A DNA stretch of 38,199 nucleotides from an uncultured bacterium (GTDB lineage: Bacteria > CAZSTA01), in the NCBI GenBank assembly GCA_964609495.1, contig CAZSTA010000009.1:1-38199 (forward strand), read 5' to 3'. The notes under the pieces are model-generated. The model was not told the origin of the DNA, did not search any database, and worked only from the letters and a program-made list of their open reading frames with translations. How positions within the stretch are numbered: position 1 is the stretch's first letter; each line of letters starts with the position of its first letter. Shown one piece after another: positions 9,394 to 19,065 of the stretch. Made by a program: the position numbers and the translations under genes.

Positions 9394-10071
9394 ATGAAGA
9401 CAAAACTTCTGGTAGTAACTGTTTTAACATCTTTAATGGTTCTTTGTTCAATCTCGACGGGGGGAGCTTCCCCCTCGGTAAGTGGTCCGACAGGCCTTGT
9501 TCATATGCCCGAGGCTGATGTTGTTGACGGGGGAGATATCAATTTAGCCGGGCATGTTCTACTGGGTGATAATACAGAATTGAGTCTAAAAGCTAACTAT
9601 GGACTAATCGATGATCTCGAAGCGGGATTAAGGCTCGATTTAGGCGATGAGACCAATTTTACTCTATATGGAAAGTATAAGGTCTTAAAGAAGACTGTTG
9701 AGCAACCATTCTCCATAGCTGTCGGTGGTGGATACACCTTTGCTGATGTCTCAGTCTTAAATCTATATGGAGTGGGTTCTTACTATCTCGATGGAAATCC
9801 TCACCCTCTAGTTTTGAGCGGATCTCTTTACTGGGAAAGACGCTCTTGGGAAGCTGCTAGCGATTCGGATGTGGCTGTAGTCCTTGGAGCAGATTACATG
9901 GCCACTCCTCAACTGGATGTTGTAGGTGAGTTGTGGATCGCAGAGGCAGATCAGCTTAATGCGGGAATACGTTATTATATAAGTGATACTATATCTGTCG
10001 ATGCCTTCCTCACCAGTTCACCTATATTAGACAATATCCATATAGTTGTAGGAGGAAGCACTTACCTATAA
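9394..10071 (+). CDS. YjbH-like outer-membrane beta-barrel protein
   Basis: ATG at 9394 after AAGGAG. Signal peptide, GPTGLVHMPEA N-terminal motif, alternating amphipathic beta-strands with aromatic residues. Confidence 0.6.
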   Translation: MKTKLLVVTVLTSLMVLCSISTGGASPSVSGPTGLVHMPEADVVDGGDINLAGHVLLGDNTELSLKANYGLIDDLEAGLRLDLGDETNFTLYGKYKVLKKTVEQPFSIAVGGGYTFADVSVLNLYGVGSYYLDGNPHPLVLSGSLYWERRSWEAASDSDVAVVLGADYMATPQLDVVGELWIAEADQLNAGIRYYISDTISVDAFLTSSPILDNIHIVVGGSTYL

Positions 10072-10089
10072 TTATCCTCTCATTATGCC

Positions 10090-10205
10090 TTGAACTCACC
10101 TTAAATCACCCTCCCCATCGAGGGAGGGGGAAAATCAAGAGAGCAGTCTTATCTCAATGTTCCCTCTCCCCTCGTGGGAGAGGGCCAGGGTGAGGGGGAA
10201 TTATA
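10090..10205. repeat. REP-doublet-like intergenic repeat, copy 1
   Basis: Aligns with 25525-25650: TTAAATCACCCTCCCC...AAGAGAGCAGTCTTATCT..ATGTTCCCTCTCCCCTCGTGGGAGAGGG..AGGGTGAGGGGG..AATTATA. Confidence 0.85.
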
Positions 10206-10271
10206 ACTCGATCTGAAATCATTTTGATCCTCAATTTATATGCATCCCTTAATCGAAGGAGAATTGATATT

Positions 10272-11102
10272 GTGAAACTATGTATATGTTCCAAGATCCT
10301 TCAGGATAAATCTCTCGAAGATGCGGTAAGGATATCTGCTGAGATAGGATATAACGGTATCGAACTATTCGGCCTACCTAATCATTTACCAGTTGATATC
10401 GATTTGAATCGAGTCAAAGATCTAAGGAAGCTAGGTGATGATTTGGGGATGAAGGTCGTTACCCTAGCAACTTATGTCGGCGGTTATAGTCAACTAGGAG
10501 ATGAGGAGTGCGCCCGCCAATTGGACGATTTCAAGCGATATGTCCAGATAGGTCATATCTTAAACTGTGATCTGATAAGACAGGGTCCCGGTGGTCCAAC
10601 TCCAGATAAGGCTAGAGAGGATCATTGGCAGAGGAGCGCTTATTGGCTACAAAAGGCGGCGGATTATGGATTGGCTAATGAGGTTAATATCGTGTTGGAA
10701 AATAATTTCGTGTTAGTCGCCACTGTCGATTCCACTCTGAAGCTGATTCATCTCATAGACCGTCCTAACGTGGGGATCAACTACGATCCGGGGAATATCT
10801 ATCGGGCAAGCGAGCAATATGGAGTGGAGGCGGTCAGGCGTTTTGGTGAATTGATCTTTAATGTGCAGATAAAAGATGCAGATAAGACCGATGGTGATAA
10901 TTGGAAGCTTCTGCTGGGAGAGGGCAAGGTTGATTATCTCTCTATCTTCAAGGCTTTGAAGAGGATGGAATACAAGGGTTACTATTCCGCCGAATCTCAT
11001 AAAGAGCCGACCGAGGGGCTGGATACTGTCGGAATAGCTCGTCATGAATATCAGAAGATAAAAGAGCTTTTGGAGAAGGCTGAAGAAGAATATGATGTCT
11101 AA
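10272..11102 (+). CDS. Sugar phosphate isomerase/epimerase (xylose-isomerase-like TIM barrel)
   Basis: GYNGIEL, IVLEN, GINYDPGN, VQIKDA, LGEGKVDY, YSAE motifs. GTG start at 10272 after GAAGGAG. Confidence 0.85.
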   Translation: MKLCICSKILQDKSLEDAVRISAEIGYNGIELFGLPNHLPVDIDLNRVKDLRKLGDDLGMKVVTLATYVGGYSQLGDEECARQLDDFKRYVQIGHILNCDLIRQGPGGPTPDKAREDHWQRSAYWLQKAADYGLANEVNIVLENNFVLVATVDSTLKLIHLIDRPNVGINYDPGNIYRASEQYGVEAVRRFGELIFNVQIKDADKTDGDNWKLLLGEGKVDYLSIFKALKRMEYKGYYSAESHKEPTEGLDTVGIARHEYQKIKELLEKAEEEYDV

Positions 11103-12807
11103 CAGCGATATAGCTAGTATATTTGAGGAGATAGCGGATATCCTCGATATAAAGGGGGAAAGTTCCTTTAGGACTCGCTCCTATCGGAAGGTAGCCCAAG
11201 TGCTTGTAAATCTAACGGAAGATGTAGGAGAGATATACGAGCGAGGCGGATTGGAGAATATTCCTGGGATAGGCAAGAGTTCCGCCTCCAAGATCGAGGA
11301 GCTGTTGAAGACTGGAAGATTGAGATTTTATGAGGAATTGAAATCACAGCTTCCCTCTGGATTATTGGACTTCCTAAAGATCCCGGAGGTGGGCCCAAAG
11401 ACCGTTAAGTTGATATATGATAATTTAGGGATAGAAACCTTAGACGAGCTAGAGAAGGCGGCTAGTCTGCATCGGTTGAGGGAACTTCCGCGAATGGGGG
11501 CGAAAAGCGAGGAGGTTATACTGAAGGGGATAGAGCTTCTGCGAAGTAGAGGCGGAAGGATTCTGTTAGGTGTCGCTCTCCCCATAGCCAGAGATATCGA
11601 GGGTGTAATCTCTCCTTATGTGGATAGATCGATCTCGGCTGGTAGCTTGAGGAGGATGAAGGAGACCATCGGCGATATAGATATTTTAGCCTCGACAGAT
11701 GATCCAGATGAAGTTATGCGAGTATTTACCGAGATGGATTCGGTCGAGGATATCGTGGCTAAGGGGGATACTAAATCGAGCGTGATCTTAAAGAAGAACG
11801 ATCTCCAAGTCGATCTTAGAGTGGTGAAATCGAATAGCTTTGGAGCAGCTTTACAATACTTCACTGGCTCGAAGGAACATAACATTAAGTTGAGAACTTT
11901 AGCTCTGAAGAAGGGATTGACGATCAACGAGTATGGGGTATTCAAGGTTGATAGCAAGGAGAAAGTAGCGGGGAAAAGTGAGGAGGAGGTTTATTCTTCC
12001 CTTGGGTTGCCCTACATCCCTCCGGAGTTAAGAGAGGATAGGGGAGAGATAGAGGCAGCGTTAAATGGTGAATTACCGGAATTAATAGAGCTTGATGATA
12101 TCAAAGGGGATTTGCATGCTCATTCTGATTGGAGCGATGGTGTGAATTCCCTGGAGGAGATGATCGAGGCGGCTAAGAAGAGGGGCTACGAGTATTTAGC
12201 TATCTCCGATCATTCCAAATCTCTGAAGATAGCCAATGGGTTGGATGAGAAGAGGCTGAGCGAACAGATGGAGATTATAAGAGGGTTGAATGAGGAATCG
12301 GAGGGTTTTAAACTCCTAACCGCTACCGAAGTCGATATCCTAGCCGATGGCAATCTGGATCTAGCGGATGAGATATTGAGTCAATTGGATGTAGTTATAG
12401 CCTCGGTGCATAGCAACTTCAAGCAGGATAAGAAGACTATGACCAGCCGAATGATCAAAGCGATGGAAAATGAAAATGTGGATATAATAGGTCATCCCAC
12501 TGGTCGATTGCTGGGGAAAAGAGCACCCTACGAGGTTGATATGGAAAGGTTAATAAATGCCGCCGGGGAGACAGGAACTTGTTTGGAGATAAATGCCTAT
12601 CCTGATAGATTGGACCTTAATGATATGCACTCCCGAATGGCTAAGGAGAAGGGAGTTATGTTAGCCATAAGCACCGATTCTCATAGGACGTCAGAATTAG
12701 CCTTAATCGAGTTCGGAGTAGCTACCGCCAGGCGAGGATGGTTGGAGAAGAAGGATGTGTTAAATACTCTTAGTTTAGAGCCACTACTCAAGAAACTAGA
12801 GAGATAA
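11092..12807 (+). CDS. polX: DNA polymerase/3'-5' exonuclease PolX (PolX + PHP domain)
   Basis: HhH IPGIGKS, AGSLRRMKETIGDIDIL (canonical DxD), VDLRVV, YFTGSKEHN; PHP motifs DLHAHSDWSDG and STDSH. Confidence 0.97.
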   Translation: MMSNSDIASIFEEIADILDIKGESSFRTRSYRKVAQVLVNLTEDVGEIYERGGLENIPGIGKSSASKIEELLKTGRLRFYEELKSQLPSGLLDFLKIPEVGPKTVKLIYDNLGIETLDELEKAASLHRLRELPRMGAKSEEVILKGIELLRSRGGRILLGVALPIARDIEGVISPYVDRSISAGSLRRMKETIGDIDILASTDDPDEVMRVFTEMDSVEDIVAKGDTKSSVILKKNDLQVDLRVVKSNSFGAALQYFTGSKEHNIKLRTLALKKGLTINEYGVFKVDSKEKVAGKSEEEVYSSLGLPYIPPELREDRGEIEAALNGELPELIELDDIKGDLHAHSDWSDGVNSLEEMIEAAKKRGYEYLAISDHSKSLKIANGLDEKRLSEQMEIIRGLNEESEGFKLLTATEVDILADGNLDLADEILSQLDVVIASVHSNFKQDKKTMTSRMIKAMENENVDIIGHPTGRLLGKRAPYEVDMERLINAAGETGTCLEINAYPDRLDLNDMHSRMAKEKGVMLAISTDSHRTSELALIEFGVATARRGWLEKKDVLNTLSLEPLLKKLER

Positions 12808-14532
12808 TAAATACTTTCCGCCTCCTCCCGAAGAGAGAGCGTGCTTATAGTCCACATCCTTTAGGAGCCACTCATCCTCATCGATCTTAACCGAGATCAC
12901 CTTATAGGGAATCTCAAATTCTAAAGTTTCCTCCCTCTCATCGATCATAATCTTAGGATATCGCACTATTCCCAGCTCATGCTCTACGCTGATATCGATT
13001 GGCATCTTAAAGACCTTGCCCTCCTGAATCTGGACTATGTCGATCGAGACCTTATAGCTTCCCTCCTCCTGAGAAGTTTGATGGAACGAGACCTCATAGT
13101 GAGGATATCCACTCCGATTATACCACTCCTCGAAAAACCATTTCAGATCCCCTTCCTTGTAATGCTTCTCCATAATCACTCTGAAATCATCGAAATCGGC
13201 TTGCTTCCCCTGATAAGTAGAGAATATATCCTTCGTCCCCGCGAAGAATTCTTCATCTCCTAGAACATAGCGGAGCATATTTATCACCATAGCGCCTTTG
13301 GCGAAGACGATTTCCCCATAGGCAGGGGTATTATATACTTCGGGTGAGGAAATGGGAGCATCCTTCTGATGAGCGATATCAGCTTTATAGATCTGGGAAT
13401 AGGAATTGGTGTATTTCTTTAAAATCTCTTTCCCAGCTATATATTCTGCGAATAAGGTATCTGTATATTGAGCCATTCCCTCCGCCAGAACATTGGGGAA
13501 AGCTACACTATAAAAATTCCATTGGTGTGAGATCTCATCCGCTATCACCAGTGGCCCTTGAGAAGCTTCTAGGATGCTCATATCCTCGAAGTCATAGCTG
13601 ATATCTCCCGTGAAGTATTCGGTTGAGAGCAGAATTAGAGTGGGCAAACTTACCCCTGCTATTCCCTTCTCTGGCAATACGTGGGCAATCGCTAACTTCT
13701 CGAAGGCGAAGGGCCCGAAGATATCCTCATAGAAAGTTACCACATCTTCTGCTACCTTCAATCTCTGCTTCGCTATGCTTGCCTCCCCTGGATAGGCATA
13801 GATATCGATAGGAGTACCAGAGGGAGTAACCGCTCGGAATCTCTCATATTTAGCTATAGCGAAGCCGAAGGGAAGGGAACGAGGAATAGATATTCCTGTT
13901 ATCCAGTGGTAAGTGGTGAGCCCTCTTTCCTCATCTTCGACTATACCAACTAGTTTCCCCGCGCTTACTGCGACATATCCAGCAGGAACGGTTATTCTTA
14001 TATCTCCAGTGGCATCATTCATCTCATCTACAGGATAATATGTAATATGGGAGCTATAGGCCGAGTCCTCCCTGATCTGACCAAAGATGTTATATCCTGG
14101 GACAGGGGTTTTTTCTAGAAAAAGGATATAATCGTCCTGGTGGTAGCTCATTTCTAGCTCTATCTCTTCCTCTTTAGAGAGAGAAGAATCTAGCTCGATA
14201 GTCAGCTTCTTTACATCTCCCCCAAGATCATCCAAGGTGAAGTTTAACTCTTTATCTCCTCCCTTGATCCGATCTATATCTAGATCGGATATTAAAAATT
14301 TGAGGATCTTCAGATCATCTTTTTTGCTCAGGACCTTAAAATTATCCCTAGCAACTAAGCTATGAGCAGGAGGATCGATATTAAGGGATAAAGAATGATG
14401 GATGATCTTGGCATATTTGCTAGGGGTGAGGAGAAGTTCCTCTTCCTCTGATTCAGCAAGGCATATCGCTCCTATACTCATAATAGCTATTATAACCAGA
14501 GATTTTATAATGTGATTCTTCAACTTCATCAT
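12796..14532 (-). CDS. Secreted M1-family aminopeptidase-like protein with a non-canonical metal motif
   Basis: Signal peptide; FGPFAFEKL, IADEISHQW, LAEGMAQY, KGAMVINMLRYVLGDEEFF, LKWFFEEW, and a C-terminal Ig-like region, all typical of bacterial M1 peptidases. Confidence 0.8.
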   Translation of the reverse strand: MMKLKNHIIKSLVIIAIMSIGAICLAESEEEELLLTPSKYAKIIHHSLSLNIDPPAHSLVARDNFKVLSKKDDLKILKFLISDLDIDRIKGGDKELNFTLDDLGGDVKKLTIELDSSLSKEEEIELEMSYHQDDYILFLEKTPVPGYNIFGQIREDSAYSSHITYYPVDEMNDATGDIRITVPAGYVAVSAGKLVGIVEDEERGLTTYHWITGISIPRSLPFGFAIAKYERFRAVTPSGTPIDIYAYPGEASIAKQRLKVAEDVVTFYEDIFGPFAFEKLAIAHVLPEKGIAGVSLPTLILLSTEYFTGDISYDFEDMSILEASQGPLVIADEISHQWNFYSVAFPNVLAEGMAQYTDTLFAEYIAGKEILKKYTNSYSQIYKADIAHQKDAPISSPEVYNTPAYGEIVFAKGAMVINMLRYVLGDEEFFAGTKDIFSTYQGKQADFDDFRVIMEKHYKEGDLKWFFEEWYNRSGYPHYEVSFHQTSQEEGSYKVSIDIVQIQEGKVFKMPIDISVEHELGIVRYPKIMIDEREETLEFEIPYKVISVKIDEDEWLLKDVDYKHALSSGGGGKYLLSL

Positions 14533-14603
14533 ATTATCCCCTCCTTATAAGAAATTAACTTGAAGACGCCTGACATTCTGGCTCTGGGTCTTCGGACGAT
14601 TCT

Positions 14604-15302
14604 CTATAACAGTTTTTTGGCGATGAAAAGCAATGACTGACCGATTGGGGGGCCAGTTATCTTCTCAAAAAAACGGAAGAGAGGCATCAGTCTGTTGTAA
14701 AGCAACAACTGATCAGTTGGTAGAATATTTCTGTGTAATATCTTTCCATTTAAGAACCATCCAAACATACCGAAGAAATTCATATAAGCATCTTTCTCAA
14801 TTATAAATCCCTTTACCTCTAATCGCTCGCTCAGTTCTCCCCTTGAATATCGCCGATAATGGTCAAGTCCCATATCCAATGTTCCATAAAGCATTCTTAA
14901 AGCTGGCACAAAAAGAATAAGCCTTCCCTCGGGTTGAAGTATTTCGTGCATATTCTCTAAAGCTAGATCATCATCCTTTATATGCTCAAGAACATTTAGA
15001 CAGACGATCGTATCTATACTTAACTCCCCGAGCTTAACGATCTCTCTATCCTGTATATCAAAATGGAAGGCTTGAACTTTACCAGGAGGAAATCTATCCT
15101 TTATCGTTTTAATATGTCTCTCAGAGATATCTATAGCGATGAGTTCTTCACAGTGATCGAGCAAGTGATAAGTGAGATTCCCGCTTCCACATCCCATCTC
15201 CAGAACTCTCTTGCCTAGGTATGGGCGGAAGCTGTCGAATAGCCACTCGTTGAATTTATCCATTTTATTGATGCGACGCAGTGTTTCCTCTCCGATATCC
15301 AT
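14604..15302 (-). CDS. Class I SAM-dependent methyltransferase
   Basis: VLEMGCGSG motif I, LNVLEHIKDD, LQPEGRLILFVPA, HYRRYS. Confidence 0.9.
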   Translation of the reverse strand: MDIGEETLRRINKMDKFNEWLFDSFRPYLGKRVLEMGCGSGNLTYHLLDHCEELIAIDISERHIKTIKDRFPPGKVQAFHFDIQDREIVKLGELSIDTIVCLNVLEHIKDDDLALENMHEILQPEGRLILFVPALRMLYGTLDMGLDHYRRYSRGELSERLEVKGFIIEKDAYMNFFGMFGWFLNGKILHRNILPTDQLLLYNRLMPLFRFFEKITGPPIGQSLLFIAKKLL

Positions 15303-15303
15303 C

Positions 15304-15996
15304 TTAATCCATCAACCTATACTTTATTAAAGCGTAAATAGCTCGTAAGCCATCCTTCCAATTTATCTTCTTTCCCTCCGAATATTCCCTCCCCGTATAT
15401 GATATAGGGACCTCGTATATCCTTAATTTTCTCTTTAGAACTTTAGCGGTGATCTCGGGTTCAAAGTTAAACCTATTGCTCTTTATCTTAATATCTTTGA
15501 TAACCTCCGTTCGGAAAGCTTTGTAGCAGGTCTCCATATCGCTTAGGATAGTATTAAATAGGATATTTGCTATACCAGTTAGGAGCTTATTTCCCATATA
15601 GTGCCAGAACATAAAGCATCTATGGATTCCCAGAAACCTCGAACCATAGACTATATCTGCTTTCCCTTCGATTATGGGTTTTATCAAGATACGATAATCC
15701 TCTGGATCATATTCTAAGTCGGCATCCTGAATGATCACGATATCCCCATTAGTATAATTTATTCCCGTTCTTATCGCGGCTCCCTTCCCCTGATTCTTAG
15801 AATGATAAACTACTCTAAGATCACTGTTAAATTTCCCATTATCTCTGATATCCTTTATGAGCTCCCTTGTTCCATCAGTAGAACAATCATCGACAATGAT
15901 TATCTCCTTATCCAATTCGACTGCATCTACTCTATTGATGATCTCCCTTATGGTATTTACTTCATTATATACCGGTATGATAATCGATAATCTCAT
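15304..15996 (-). CDS. Glycosyltransferase family 2 (polyprenol-phosphate glycosyltransferase/DPM1-like)
   Basis: LSIIIPVYNE, VDDCSTDGT, NQGKGAA, IQDADLEYDP, SDMETCYK. Confidence 0.93.
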   Translation of the reverse strand: MRLSIIIPVYNEVNTIREIINRVDAVELDKEIIIVDDCSTDGTRELIKDIRDNGKFNSDLRVVYHSKNQGKGAAIRTGINYTNGDIVIIQDADLEYDPEDYRILIKPIIEGKADIVYGSRFLGIHRCFMFWHYMGNKLLTGIANILFNTILSDMETCYKAFRTEVIKDIKIKSNRFNFEPEITAKVLKRKLRIYEVPISYTGREYSEGKKINWKDGLRAIYALIKYRLMD

Positions 15997-16118
15997 ACTT
16001 TATACCTTTTTCTGATAATCCGCTCTAAAATCAATCCAGAAAAGTTCGATGATTTTTAGGGGCAAAAAAACCTCTGTCAGTGATGAAATCTCAACTTTGT
16101 TATCTACTGACACTAACT

Positions 16119-16147
16119 ATTATATAAAGTCTTTATCTAAATGTCAA
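16119..16147 (-). promoter_or_regulatory. Sigma70 promoter for the GT2-methyltransferase operon
   Basis: Perfect TTGACA-17bp-TATAAT on the minus strand. Confidence 0.8.
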
Positions 16148-16403
16148 GAGCAAACATAACTAAAAAGCATATAGAATTGTGTTGGGGATAGGTTAATATA
16201 TAATATTAGAGCATAAATGATTTTTACTCCGAGGGTTTATGAGAGGCAAAGTATATCTCCGAGCGTATCCATTATTAATGGTTGTTGATAATCCTCAAAG
16301 CAATGTGTGTAGGGGATGTTTATCCTTAGTTATCACTTTCAGCGGAATTTTATTAGAAATTCTCCTTAAAAATCCCTTAGCCCGAAATTTTACATACTTA
16401 GAT

Positions 16404-16437
16404 AAAAAACCCCCGTCCTGAAAAGGACGGGGGTTTT
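16404..16437 (-). terminator. Rho-independent terminator of the cold-shock gene
   Basis: Minus strand CCCCCGTCCT-TTTC-AGGACGGGGG followed by TTTTTT, about 20 nt after the stop. Confidence 0.9.
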
Positions 16438-16459
16438 AGGTAACTAGGTTCTATCGCCT

Positions 16460-16672
16460 TTACGACAATTTAACGACGTTATCCGCTCTTAATCCCTTGG
16501 AACCGCTCACGATGTCGAACTCGACTTCCTGATCTTCTTCCAAGGTCCTGAATCCACCATCATCCTGTTGGATAGCAGTGTGGTGAACGAATAGATCTTC
16601 TCCCACTTCCTGCTCAATAAAACCATAGCCTTTACTTGCGTTGAACCACTTGACTTTTCCTCTATTTCTCAA
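16460..16672 (-). CDS. cspA: Cold-shock protein (CspA family)
   Basis: [15 protein letters not shown] (RNP1), DLFVHHTAI (RNP2); TTG start after AAGGAGGT. The paralogue letter is uncertain. Confidence 0.93.
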   Translation of the reverse strand: MRNRGKVKWFNASKGYGFIEQEVGEDLFVHHTAIQQDDGGFRTLEEDQEVEFDIVSGSKGLRADNVVKLS

Positions 16673-16901
16673 CTGTCTACCTCCTTTTTAATATATCGAG
16701 GTTATTTCCTCGATCGTGCCTTATATGGCTTCATAGCACGGGATATCCTTCGGCCTCCAGGAGGTAGCTTTACAGACCTACTTAAGGTTCTCCAAGCTAC
16801 TCATAACCTGATTATCTTGAAATAACTGCCAAAGTGAGTACTTAAGCCTTTTCTACAATCTCAAATACCTTTTACGACCACATGCTATCCTGCCTAACTA
16901 T

Positions 16902-16930
16902 ATTATACCAAAATTTATATTTTTTGTCAA
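16902..16930 (-). promoter_or_regulatory. Sigma70 promoter for the cold-shock gene
   Basis: Perfect TTGACA-17bp-TATAAT with extended -10 TG. Confidence 0.85.
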
Positions 16931-17129
16931 GTTTTTCTATAATTTATTTTCCTCTTATTTTAGATCATCTCTCCTCTCTTATCTATCCCTCTTTTTCTTA
17001 AAGATCTCCTCATTTTATATACATCCCTGAAAGGGAGGTTGTAAATGGTAAGCAAAGTCTGATAGAGAGTGGATAAAAGGGAGGTGGTCTTACAAAAGAA
17101 GTATTATGTCTCCAATCTTATATGCATTT

Positions 17130-18014
17130 TTAAGCTCTCTCTCTCAACCTAGGGTTGCTTACCTCGTCGGAACCCAGATGCATTAAGTAGAGAGAGATGA
17201 AGAGGCATATAAGAGTTATTACCGGTGTTCCCCACCACCACCACATACCTCTAAAAACTGCCGAGTAGCTCAGAGACCAATAGATCATCATTCCCAGCGT
17301 CATTTCACCCTGCGGTCCCAAACCCAAAAGCGAAAGTCCCGACTCCGTGAGAATCGCCGCTAACGTGGCGTTAATAAAGTTGGCGCCCATCCAGGGAAGC
17401 ATATTGGGCATCAGTTCTTTAATTATAATCTCGAATCTGGACATTCCCGAAAGCATCGCTATATAAACGAAGCCCCTTTCCTTGAGGGAGAGCACCTGAG
17501 CCCTGATCTGCCTTGCAGGCCAAGACCAGGAGAAAAGCGCTATGATCAGCGCCATAGTCCTTACTGAAACGCCTTTCACCAAAGAAGCTATCAATATCAG
17601 AAAGAGCAAGGAGGGGACCGATAGGAACACATCTACTAATACCCTCAATATAGAATCTGGTATTCCTCCGTAGTATCCGCTTGTAAACCCTATTAATGCT
17701 CCAAGCAACGTCCCAATGATAGCCGCGATCAACCCGATTTGGAGGGAATTAATAATAGCGGTTGACATTTGAACAGCGATATCTCTTCCCAGGGAATCTG
17801 TGCCTAGAATATGTTCTCTCCCTGGAGGAAGGCTGGGTTGGGATGATCCTGTAAGACGATATTCGGAGGGCATAACTTGGCGAGCTATTATCCCTCCTAA
17901 AAGGATGATCATAAATATTGTGAAACCGAGAAGGAACTTTTGATTGGTGAATAAGGACCATAGAAAACCCCTTCTTATATTCCTCGACATCGCTGATAGA
18001 CTGGCATATAGCAT
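17130..18014 (-). CDS. Opp/Dpp-family ABC transporter permease (OppC/DppC-like)
   Basis: HILGTDSLGRD, RAQVLSLKER, terminal NPRLR. Confidence 0.92.
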   Translation of the reverse strand: MLYASLSAMSRNIRRGFLWSLFTNQKFLLGFTIFMIILLGGIIARQVMPSEYRLTGSSQPSLPPGREHILGTDSLGRDIAVQMSTAIINSLQIGLIAAIIGTLLGALIGFTSGYYGGIPDSILRVLVDVFLSVPSLLFLILIASLVKGVSVRTMALIIALFSWSWPARQIRAQVLSLKERGFVYIAMLSGMSRFEIIIKELMPNMLPWMGANFINATLAAILTESGLSLLGLGPQGEMTLGMMIYWSLSYSAVFRGMWWWWGTPVITLICLFISLYLMHLGSDEVSNPRLRERA

Positions 18015-18023
18015 ATTTGACCC

Positions 18024-19031
18024 TTACCTCCTTCCGTATCTGATTCTCGGATCGATGAGGGGATAGATAATATCTATGGTAAAGTTGGCTATGGCTACAG
18101 AGAAGATAATCAGCAGGACTCCCCCCTGTATCAAGGGAAAGTCGAGTCCGGTTATAGCGTTATATAGAAGCCATCCGACGCCGGGATAGGCAAATATCAC
18201 TTCGGTGATAATCGCTCCCCCAACGATACGACTGATGGAGAGTGCCAGACCTGTCACCTGAGGGAGAAGGGCGTTCCTGAATGCGTATCTCCAGAGTATC
18301 CGACTGTTGGATAGCCCCTTAGCCTCAGCTAACGTAATGTAATCCTCACCCTTCAGTGATATTATCATACTTCTCATACTTAGAAACCACCAGCCGAGGG
18401 AGACCAAGATAATGCTCAGAGCTGGGAGGAAAGAGTGCCAAACTATATCGAGAATGAATTGAAGGGAGAATGTTACCTGTGAGCCAGGTGTATATCCCCC
18501 GGATAAGGGAAAAACTCTCCATAAAAATGCTAGAAGGAATACCAGGACTATGGCTAAAATATAATATGGTATGCTATATAATATGAGCGCTACAGGAACC
18601 AGAAATTTCGATATCTTTGACTCACTACCTCTCCAACCGGCAAACGTCCCGATAATGGTTCCCAACACCCAGCTTATTATCGTCGTTACGGAGAGCAGCC
18701 CTATCGTCCATGGTAAAGCTCTTATCAGAAGCTCGGAGACCCTCGAGGGGAAGTTGGCGATGGAATATCCCAAATTGCCTCTGGTGATCTCTCTAAGGTA
18801 GCTTATATACTGAGTAAGTATATCCTTGTCGAGGCCAAACAATCGCTTGTATTCCTCCACTAGCTCCGTAGCTCCCAAAGATCCTCCCATCGCGGAGAGC
18901 TTGAGAAGAACGGCGCCGAGGGGATTTCCGGGGACGAGCCGGGGCACGACAAAAACTATGGTCACTGAGAGGAAGATCGAGACTATGAAGATGATAACTC
19001 TTTCGATAAGATATTTAGAATACGAACTCAT
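18024..19031 (-). CDS. Opp/Dpp-family ABC transporter permease (OppB/DppB-like)
   Basis: RLVPGNP, GNLGYS, EDYITLAEAKGL, RNALLP, IDPRIR. Confidence 0.93.
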   Translation of the reverse strand: MSSYSKYLIERVIIFIVSIFLSVTIVFVVPRLVPGNPLGAVLLKLSAMGGSLGATELVEEYKRLFGLDKDILTQYISYLREITRGNLGYSIANFPSRVSELLIRALPWTIGLLSVTTIISWVLGTIIGTFAGWRGSESKISKFLVPVALILYSIPYYILAIVLVFLLAFLWRVFPLSGGYTPGSQVTFSLQFILDIVWHSFLPALSIILVSLGWWFLSMRSMIISLKGEDYITLAEAKGLSNSRILWRYAFRNALLPQVTGLALSISRIVGGAIITEVIFAYPGVGWLLYNAITGLDFPLIQGGVLLIIFSVAIANFTIDIIYPLIDPRIRYGRR

Positions 19032-19065
19032 TGCTATAGAGTTCTCCTTCCTGTGCTAGTCGCTT

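Noticed and set aside
10090-10205. CRISPR array or tRNA interpretation of the GC-rich palindromes
   Set aside because: No regularly spaced repeats with unique spacers, no cas genes, no cloverleaf or T-loop motif.
11092-12807. Possible catalytically altered PolX
   Set aside because: GDID and the third Asp (VDLR) are canonical and the PHP ligands are present; an ordinary PolX.
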